A DNA stretch of 24,000 nucleotides from contig QHYZ01000047.1 in the NCBI GenBank assembly GCA_003225295.1, forward strand, positions 134,213 to 158,212. Direction: 5' to 3'. Position 1 is the stretch's first letter, and every line of letters starts with the position of its first letter. Source of the DNA: Acidobacteriota bacterium. GTDB lineage: Bacteria; Acidobacteriota; Terriglobia; Acidiferrales; UBA7541. A program made the translations under genes and the position numbers. Below, piece after piece: positions 1 to 7,621 of this stretch. The notes beneath the pieces were generated by a model. The model was not told where the DNA came from. It saw only the letters and a program-made list of their open reading frames with translations, and ran no database searches.

Positions 1-6
1 GGACAT

Positions 7-1302
<1,296 letters not shown>

Positions 1303-1338
1303 GAGCACTCCGCGATCTCTCCATCTCAGTCACCACCT

Positions 1339-1370
1339 AAAAAAAGGCGCAGTGAGTTTCCCCGCTGCGC
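1339..1370 (-). terminator. Intrinsic terminator for the TROVE-gene transcript
   Basis: On the - strand: GCGCAG(CGGGGAAACTCA)CTGCGC followed by C and seven T, just downstream of the stop of the 1402..2733 gene. Confidence 0.75.
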
Positions 1371-1401
1371 TGGTTGAATTGTTCAGTTCCAAGACGAATT
1401 G

Positions 1402-2733
1402 TCAGGCCGCTGCTTGCGCTTCCACTGCGGCGATGAAATCGACGATTCGCTCCGACCAACCGTCAACGTGCGTCCAGCCGTTGCCGTAGCTGATGCCGTG
1501 TTTGTACGGGGCCACGTTCACCGCGTACGCGCGCGGCGCCCACGCTTGCAGGATGCCGTGGTGCGACTGCTCGTCGGTAATTACGATCAGCCGATCGAGT
1601 TCGCGCCACGCCGCCTTGTCGTGGAGCTGCGTCAGCGCGCGCTTGAGGTAGGTTCCCGAGTGCGCCTGCGAGCCCACCATGGCATCGCGCAACGCGAAGC
1701 CCCGTTGCGGAGGCAATTCGATGCAAGTGTCGGAGAAGGTCGCGATGGAGAACTCCTCGGCCTTCTCGCGAAGCAGAATCGCCAGCCCTGCCGCCGCGTC
1801 CATGCGCGTGGTCTGGCCCTTTTTCGACAGCTTGTAGTTCATCGAGCCGGACACGTCCACGACAAGCCCGGTCGACCCCGCAAGCTTCGCGATTCCGGCG
1901 ATGCTCTTGAGCATGGCCTTTTCGAGAGCGCCCTCGAGCCTGGGTGCGTGGCGTGCCGCCGTCACGAAGTGCAACGGCAGCGCTCGCGCGACGCCCTGGT
2001 CCAGCCGCTCGCGCACGAGCTTGGGATCGACGCCCGATGCCAGCATCAAGCGGAGGTTTCGCAGGACGGCCATGCCGCCGAGCTTCCCTTCGCGCAGCAG
2101 TCTCTCAAAGTTCTCGCGCTTGTCCTTCCCTGTGGACAAGGCAACCTCCCAGGTATCGGGAGGTTCGAGCGTGTTCTCAACGAGCTTCTTCCAGAGCGCG
2201 GCCTGCGCTTGGTCCTTGGGCTTCGCGTGGCAGAGGACCAGCACGTCGCGGAGCTTCACCGCCGATTCGCGGTCGTACTTCGCAAGCTGGTAGGCGTCGA
2301 ACTTCGTGAACGCTCGTGCCAGACCGCGCTTTACGCCCGCGGAGAGTGGCTGCTTCTTTTCCTTCCAGTAGAGGGCCACAAACTCGCCGAGTTCATCGGC
2401 CCGCTGGATGACGTCCTCGAGCGTTTCGGCCACGAGTCGGCCGGTGCCCTTGCGGCGCGCGAGTTCACGCGTGAGTAAGAGCGGCGCGTGACGAAGCTGC
2501 ATCTTGCTGCGTGCTTCCCGCGCGAGGGCGGCCACGACTTCTGGCGTGTTCTCGGCGGCAAGCGCGGCGATCTGCTTGGCGATGTCGTTGCCCTTCTCGT
2601 AGAAGGTGTCTTCCCAGAGCAGGCATGTGAGCACGGTGCGCCGTAGCTCGCTTTTCGCGTCCACCTTCTGCGCCACTGCTCCTTCATGCGTCCGCACCGG
2701 GAACATCGGCTTCCAGACGTTCTTCTTGGCCAT
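1402..2733 (-). CDS. rsr: TROVE domain / Ro60-like (Rsr) RNA-binding protein with C-terminal vWA domain
   Basis: 443-aa ORF: helical-repeat N-terminus (VAQKVDAKSELRRTVLTCLLWEDTFYEKGNDIAKQIAALA...), then a vWA-like domain with MIDAS-type motif VDVSGSMN and VITDEQS. This is the typical Ro60/TROVE organisation. Confidence 0.9.
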   Translation of the reverse strand: MAKKNVWKPMFPVRTHEGAVAQKVDAKSELRRTVLTCLLWEDTFYEKGNDIAKQIAALAAENTPEVVAALAREARSKMQLRHAPLLLTRELARRKGTGRLVAETLEDVIQRADELGEFVALYWKEKKQPLSAGVKRGLARAFTKFDAYQLAKYDRESAVKLRDVLVLCHAKPKDQAQAALWKKLVENTLEPPDTWEVALSTGKDKRENFERLLREGKLGGMAVLRNLRLMLASGVDPKLVRERLDQGVARALPLHFVTAARHAPRLEGALEKAMLKSIAGIAKLAGSTGLVVDVSGSMNYKLSKKGQTTRMDAAAGLAILLREKAEEFSIATFSDTCIELPPQRGFALRDAMVGSQAHSGTYLKRALTQLHDKAAWRELDRLIVITDEQSHHGILQAWAPRAYAVNVAPYKHGISYGNGWTHVDGWSERIVDFIAAVEAQAAA

Positions 2734-2790
2734 TGCTAGTCCTCCTTTCCTGAAGGCTTTGCCCCTTCTCCAAGCGACAGGCCCCGGCCG

Positions 2791-3624
2791 TTAATCGAGA
2801 AACGCTAGAAAACGCATTGCGCTCGAGCGATTCTCGGTGTTCATCAGTACACGGTGCCAGCCAATGAGCGTCACGGTTTCGTGATCGGGATGCGACACCT
2901 TCCCGCGCACGTAAACCGTTGCATCGCGCTTCATGATGCGGAAGCCCCGATTGCGCTCGCTCGCTGGCAACTTCTTGTATTCCGGAGCGGTCAATCCGTT
3001 CGGATATCTCGCTGAGACATAAACGGTGTCTCCGCCGGACCGATAACACTCTTCAGCCCAGTGAGGCTTTCCGCCGTTGCCGCGAGAGAGCGGCTCGTCC
3101 TTGAGAACGAGCAATGGATCCGCTTTTACCGCCGTGGGGACGAAAAACCATTCCCCCTGGCGGATGAAGGCTGAATTCCTCCGCTGGAAGCTCGCTTTCC
3201 GCGATATTCCAAGCAGACCTTCTCGTGTCCGTACTTCCTCTGGCTTCAGCGCGATCTTTGCGCTCGCGACGGTGGTTACTGGTTCATTTTCTGGAATTGC
3301 CGCTACGAACCAGTGCCTTTCGTCATGACCGCAGAGAAACTTCTGCTTGGCCAAAAACCGCCCCTGCTCGTCGAACTGGCGGCTGAGCAGCAGCAAATGC
3401 TTTTCCCTTGGCTGGACGTTCAGAACGACGACTTCCTGCAAGCCGCCTGGAGCGGTTCGGATCTCGAAGAATTCGCCAATTTTGTCTCGACGAATATCGA
3501 GAACCATGCGCGGGGCTTCCTCCCGAGACCCAGCCAGGTTCCCACGACCAGCTGCAGGCACGTCCTCGAAAACCTTCACGCGTACGCCCATCCGAGAAAA
3601 ATATCGGTTCAAATCACTGCCCAC
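2791..3624 (-). CDS. Unassigned protein co-oriented with and 57 bp upstream of the TROVE gene
   Basis: ORF track gives 2791..3738 with a GTG start. A GTG at 3624 is preceded by AGAAAGGA at good spacing (AGAAAGGAAAAAGCA-GTG), and a further ATG lies at 3591. I recognise no family. Confidence 0.7.
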   Translation of the reverse strand: MGSDLNRYFSRMGVRVKVFEDVPAAGRGNLAGSREEAPRMVLDIRRDKIGEFFEIRTAPGGLQEVVVLNVQPREKHLLLLSRQFDEQGRFLAKQKFLCGHDERHWFVAAIPENEPVTTVASAKIALKPEEVRTREGLLGISRKASFQRRNSAFIRQGEWFFVPTAVKADPLLVLKDEPLSRGNGGKPHWAEECYRSGGDTVYVSARYPNGLTAPEYKKLPASERNRGFRIMKRDATVYVRGKVSHPDHETVTLIGWHRVLMNTENRSSAMRFLAFLD

Positions 3625-3642
3625 TGCTTTTTCCTTTCTAAA

Positions 3643-3659
3643 GACTGCCCGTGGCAGTC
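3643..3659 (-). promoter_or_regulatory. Leader hairpin between a short SD-preceded ORF and the unassigned CDS
   Basis: Perfect 7-bp stem GACTGCC/GGCAGTC with a 3-nt loop. On the - strand it is followed by TTTAG and then the AGAAAGGA ribosome-binding-like sequence. Confidence 0.4.
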
Positions 3660-3668
3660 GGAATGTGT

Positions 3669-3743
3669 TCACCGCTCGGAGTCTTGCTCCGAACCGTTCA
3701 AAAACAGACGAGTTGACGCCACAAGATTCTTGCCCCACTTCAT
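3669..3743 (-). CDS. Possible 24-aa leader peptide MKWGKNLVASTRLFLNGSEQDSER
   Basis: ATG at 3743 preceded by GTCAAGGAGAAAAGAA (strong SD-like sequence) in a different frame from the downstream ORF. Stop TGA at 3671-3669. Confidence 0.3.
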   Translation of the reverse strand: MKWGKNLVASTRLFLNGSEQDSER

Positions 3744-3767
3744 TTCTTTTCTCCTTGACCGTAACCG

Positions 3768-3896
3768 AAAAAACTCCGGACGGGAACCCCTAGCCAGGGA
3801 ACATTAGCCGCTCTATCCATTGAGCTACTGGCCCGTATCAGCCAGGTGGGAATCGAACCCGTAACCGCCCGCTCTTGAGCCGAAGTAAGCCCGTCC
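3768..3896 (-). ncRNA. Candidate YrlA-like bacterial Y RNA, copy 1 (circularly permuted tRNA-like module)
   Basis: - strand order: outer arm GGACGGG (3896-3890), T-arm-like ACGGGTTCGATTCCCAC (3862-3846), acceptor-like hairpin CTGGCTG-ATAC-GGGCCAG (3845-3828), TA, D-arm GCTCAATGGATAGAGC (3825-3810), closing arm CCCGTCC (3784-3778), GGAG, then TTTTTT (3773-3768). It lies next to a Ro60/TROVE gene. Confidence 0.78.
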
Positions 3897-3990
3897 TGAA
3901 CCGCGTCCAACTTTGTTGTCTGCGCTCAAAGCATCCGCACAAGCGATTCTTGGTTAGCGTCACCACCGCTGGCGGCGATTTTCCCCAGCC

Positions 3991-4028
3991 CCGGCGCGAA
4001 CCGCCGACTGTTCCGCGGTTCGCGCCGG
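3991..4028. repeat. 14-bp perfect inverted repeat with 10-nt loop
   Basis: CCGGCGCGAACCGC (3991-4004) / GCGGTTCGCGCCGG (4015-4028), loop CGACTGTTCC. No adjacent T-run on either strand. Confidence 0.85.
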
Positions 4029-4282
4029 CCAAATTCGAGCCGGGAGGAATAATCGAGCAGAGCTGCGGAGCGGCAGCTCCGCATCGCTTAACCACGAAGT
4101 ATCTCTGCGCAGCGCCATCCCGGCAGCTCATCTGGTGGGAACAAGCGGTTCGCGTTTGTCTGAGCCACTGCTTCTTACCAAGCAAACGAGAATTGCACTC
4201 GCGACCTCCCCAGTTCATCGCCGGGGCGCTCGATAGAAGTAACGCTCACCTTCCCGACACCAGAAACTCTCGCGGCAGGAAT

Positions 4283-4400
4283 CGGCGGTCCAGGTATTTC
4301 TCCGCTGCTCTATCCGTTGAGCTACGGCAGCTCGCGCCAGCGGCAGGAGTCGAACCCGCAGCCGTCGGAGCCCGATGTAACCCCGGCCTTCACCACGCCG
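4283..4400 (-). ncRNA. Candidate YrlA-like bacterial Y RNA, copy 2 (circularly permuted tRNA-like module)
   Basis: - strand order: T-arm GCGGGTTCGACTCCTGC (4359-4343), acceptor-like hairpin CGCTGGC-GCGA-GCTGCCG (4342-4325), TA, D-arm GCTCAACGGATAGAGC (4322-4307), enclosed by CTCCG (4370-4366)/CGGAG (4304-4300) and a further CCGGG/CCTGG pairing. Internal spacing is identical to copy 1. Confidence 0.76.
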
Positions 4401-4767
4401 CAAACTCTTCAAACTTTCCAAGCGCTTCTCTCCTCGTTTACCCGGCCCCGTGACTCCTTCACTAGCGCACACCCGTAGCGTGGCGTTTCGTTCTTCAAGG
4501 ATCCACGGCGTCAAAGAAATCCGGAAGGGATCAGCCCTCACGGTGAAACTGCATTCTTGCCTGAAGAGCACTGCGTACTCCCGAGGCCAGAACCAGCCGT
4601 GAACTTCATCGTCCCTGGACACAAATCCCGAGGCCGATAATCTTAAATCGAAACCACTTAGGCGGCTTGTTTTACAGTCGCGCGAACAAGCAGTCCACGA
4701 GACCTGATCGCCTTGGTGTTATCCCGCATTGGCTCTTGTCTTCGTGTCTCATAATCTGCTCTTCACG

Positions 4768-4807
4768 CTCAGCAAGGACCTCGGCTAAGCCGAGGCGTAC
4801 GACTGAG
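4768..4807. repeat. Nested inverted repeat / stem-loop
   Basis: CCTCGGC-TAA-GCCGAGG (4779-4795) perfect 7-bp stem, flanked by CTCAG (4768-4772) and CTGAG (4803-4807). Confidence 0.6.
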
Positions 4808-4937
4808 GTATCACGAAAGTAAACGGATTCGGAAAGTCTGTCAAGAACTATTTTTGAAAAGCAGCGTTTTTGGCCCATTTTTGCGGTGCTTGTTAATTTC
4901 AAAGTACTTATAGGCCGCCCGACCCACGCCGCGGTCT

Positions 4938-6203
4938 TCATTCGTACCGCAGGCAAACGATGGGGTCAAGGTTAGCAGCTAGATTCGCCGGATAGTATCC
5001 GAAGAACAGTCCCACACCGACGGAGATGGCAAACCCAATGGAGACCCACAGATAGGACAATGTCGCGGGAATTGAAGGCACGAGTGTACGCACCAGAATG
5101 GACACGCCTGCCCCGATCAGAATGCCGATCGAGCCGCCGACCAGGGTGAGCACCACGGCTTCCAGCAAAAATTGTAGGCGGACATCCGCGCGGCGCGCGC
5201 CGATGGCTTTGCGCACGCCAATTTCCTGGGTGCGCTCGGTCACGGAGATGAGCATGATATTCATTACGCCGATGCCGCCCACGAGCAGCCCGATCGAACT
5301 GATGACCGTAGTGAGAATGACCAGCGCGCCAGTGAGCTGGTTCCAAAGATTGCTGAGGAAATCCGGTGAGCTCAACTCGAAATCATTTTCCTGTCCCGCA
5401 GGGATACGGCGGAGACGGCGCAACGTCTGAATAACTTCGCCGTGCGCGGTTTCGACGTTGACGTTCTCCGGAACAGTGAATGCCATAATCAATTCTTTGG
5501 CTTCCGGGTACTGTTTCTTGAAGTTGCTGAGCGGGATGACCACAAAGATGTCCACGCCCGGGCCGAGGAACAAGCCCTGGTCATGCTCGAATACGCCGAT
5601 CACTTCGTAAGCGGCGCCATTGACGCGCACAGTCTTCCCCAGGGCGTCCGTGTTGGGGAACAGCGATTCGCTGATGGCCGCGCCCAGCACAACGACGGGC
5701 CGCGCATGCTCCTGATCGAAGGCGCTGATGAAACGGCCGCGCTCGATGCTGAACAACGGAATCGCCTCGGTGTACTCCGGCTCCGCGCCGCGTATGACAA
5801 CCTTCTCGACACTGCGGTCACCGCTGATAATGCGATTGCTGTCACCGAAGAAGAAGCCCCGCGTGCCAAACGTCGTGACGATATGCACGTCGGGTGCAGC
5901 ATTTCGGACAAACTCGGCGTAATTGTATTCAAGATACTTGCGCGTTCGAATCCGTTCTGGCAAGCGGGATGGGTCGGTGCCGAACGGGAATCGTGAAATA
6001 AAATAAGTGCGCGACCCCAGCCGCTCCACCCGGTCCTGCACAAACTTGTTCAGACCTTGAATGATGGCCGCCATGGAAATCACCGAAGATACACCGATGA
6101 CGATACCCAGCACGGTCAAGGCGGAGCGCACCTTGGACGAGCGCAACGTCTCCAGTGCGGCAAACAGATTCTCCCGCGTTTGCGCAAGCGTCATAATGGC
6201 CAT
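4938..6203 (-). CDS. ABC transporter permease, MacB/FtsX-like
   Basis: Start MAIMTLAQTRENLFAALETLRSSKVRSALTVLGIVIGVSSVISM; C-terminal GGIGVMNIMLISVTERTQEIGVRKAIGARRADVRLQFLLEAVVLTLVGG and YYPANLAANLDPIVCLRYE. The longer track ORF (to 6608) is an upstream extension overlapping the next permease. Confidence 0.93.
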   Translation of the reverse strand: MAIMTLAQTRENLFAALETLRSSKVRSALTVLGIVIGVSSVISMAAIIQGLNKFVQDRVERLGSRTYFISRFPFGTDPSRLPERIRTRKYLEYNYAEFVRNAAPDVHIVTTFGTRGFFFGDSNRIISGDRSVEKVVIRGAEPEYTEAIPLFSIERGRFISAFDQEHARPVVVLGAAISESLFPNTDALGKTVRVNGAAYEVIGVFEHDQGLFLGPGVDIFVVIPLSNFKKQYPEAKELIMAFTVPENVNVETAHGEVIQTLRRLRRIPAGQENDFELSSPDFLSNLWNQLTGALVILTTVISSIGLLVGGIGVMNIMLISVTERTQEIGVRKAIGARRADVRLQFLLEAVVLTLVGGSIGILIGAGVSILVRTLVPSIPATLSYLWVSIGFAISVGVGLFFGYYPANLAANLDPIVCLRYE

Positions 6204-7423
6204 TAGTCGGACCTCAAAGCCACAATCGGGTCCAGCTGTGACGCGCGCACTGCCGGATATATTCCGAAAAACAATCCGACTGCGGAGCTCAGCAGTACTC
6301 CTAGCACCGCGACCCACGTTTGCACCGCCGCTGGGAACGGCGTATACGTGCGCAGTGCCAGCGCCACCAGAAATCCGAGAGAGATGCCCAGAGCGCCGCC
6401 GGCGATACATTGCATGACGCTTTCGGCCATGAACTGCCGCAGAATGTCGCTCTTCGTCGCACCCACTGCGCGGCGCACGCCGATTTCCCGTCGCCGCAAG
6501 TTCACACTTACCAGCATCACGTTCATGATGACGATTCCGCCGATGACCACTGAGATCGCGCTCACCAGAATGAAAACGCCGAAAAACGCCGAGCTGATGC
6601 TGCGCCACAAGGCCATGTAGCTTTCTTTCGTGCCGATGAAGAAATCATCTTCCATCTTGCCACTGAGGTGACGTCGCGCCCGCAGGACCAGGTCGGCCTG
6701 ATCCTGTGCCTTTTCAAAATCACCGGTGTTTGTCCTGACGTTGATCGTGAGGCTGGTGTGCACACCTTGCATGCGCAGAAATACCGGCAGGGGGACAATG
6801 ATGAAATTGTCCTGGTCCTGCCCCAGAACACTGCCGATCTTCTCGATGACCCCAATTACCACGAGTTCGTCATTACCGACACGAAGGTTCTTCCCGATGG
6901 GGTCCATGCCGAGAAACAGCTGCTGCACCAGTGTGTCGCCGATCAAGCAAACATCAGTGTGGTGCTCGGCTTCTGCGGCCGTGAAGTAGCGGCCAAATTC
7001 CACAGTGCGCGTATCAATGTCGGCCATGTTTGGCGTTTGCCCATAGAAATTCACATCGGTCACCTCTTTGTTGGCGTATCTTGCGTGCGCGCTTCCGCTG
7101 GCCGTGGCGCCAACCTCCTGGCAAGCGGGACAGCCTTCTGCAACCGCGCGCATGTCCTCGAGCTCAATCTTCTTGAACTTCAGCGCCTTGATAATGATGT
7201 TGAAATCGGTCACCGCGAAGGGAGTGCGCGCGATTTGAAAGACGTTTGTGCCCAGGTTGGCGATCTTTTGCTCGACGTAGACGTTTGCGCCCTGCACGAT
7301 GGTCATGACCGTGATGAGTGTGGCCACACCCATCGTCAGCCCCAGCATGGTGAGCGAGGCGCGCAGTTTGTGCGTGCGCAGGGCACTCAAGCATTGCCCG
7401 AGATTGTCACGGAGAGCGAGCAT
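6203..7423 (-). CDS. ABC transporter permease, MacB/FtsX-like
   Basis: 406-aa ORF: LRTHKLRASLTMLGLTMGVATLITVMTIVQG ... IGGIVIMNVMLVSVNLRRREIGVRRAVGATKSDILRQFMAESVMQC ... YPAVRASQLDPIVALRSD. Its stop overlaps the next ATG (TAATG). Confidence 0.93.
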   Translation of the reverse strand: MLALRDNLGQCLSALRTHKLRASLTMLGLTMGVATLITVMTIVQGANVYVEQKIANLGTNVFQIARTPFAVTDFNIIIKALKFKKIELEDMRAVAEGCPACQEVGATASGSAHARYANKEVTDVNFYGQTPNMADIDTRTVEFGRYFTAAEAEHHTDVCLIGDTLVQQLFLGMDPIGKNLRVGNDELVVIGVIEKIGSVLGQDQDNFIIVPLPVFLRMQGVHTSLTINVRTNTGDFEKAQDQADLVLRARRHLSGKMEDDFFIGTKESYMALWRSISSAFFGVFILVSAISVVIGGIVIMNVMLVSVNLRRREIGVRRAVGATKSDILRQFMAESVMQCIAGGALGISLGFLVALALRTYTPFPAAVQTWVAVLGVLLSSAVGLFFGIYPAVRASQLDPIVALRSD

Positions 7424-7621
7424 GGGCTAAAGGGAACTGCCATTCACTCTATCAAATCCTTTGGGCGCGCACTCAAAGCTCGCGCCCCACATCGGAATCG
7501 TCTCTAAGTGAATACGGAAGGAGAGCTGCGGGAGTTACAGGGCTCGGATCGTAATTCAGGGGGTGCCGGATTCTTTGCCAGTTGAAACGCCGGTGGGGCT
7601 GCAGTGCCTGGCGGCAGGCCG

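Noticed and set aside
1399-2478. 359-aa + strand ORF antisense to the TROVE gene
   Set aside because: Shadow ORF of a GC-rich coding region. Composition (many R, H, A, V) and lack of motifs mark it as spurious.
3810-3896. Conventional tRNA gene(s) in 3778-4400
   Set aside because: No canonical linear tRNA with 5' half, anticodon arm and 3' half in order can be read. In both copies the T-arm comes before the D-arm and the acceptor-like stem is closed by a 4-nt loop. A true permuted tRNA gene is less likely than a Y RNA, given the Ro60 neighbour and no obvious 7-nt anticodon loop.
3838-4622. Track ORFs 3838..4218 (-), 4215..4622 (-) and 3875..4453 (+) as proteins
   Set aside because: They translate the structured RNA elements and contain typical tRNA-translation artefacts (AVAQRIEQR, RLRVRFPPG, LRVRLLPLA). 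No protein-family character is visible.
3739-4937. Mobile element or integration scar explaining the split tRNA-like pieces
   Set aside because: No integrase, transposase or target-site direct repeats were seen, and the exact same internal geometry in two copies argues against random integration scars.
4672-4956. 94-aa - strand ORF
   Set aside because: No recognisable motif, and it spans a strong hairpin. It could be real but I cannot support it from sequence alone.
6204-6608. N-terminal extension of the 4938..6608 permease ORF
   Set aside because: The extra N-terminal residues overlap the upstream permease in another frame and lack its character. The TAATG-coupled ATG at 6203 is a better start.
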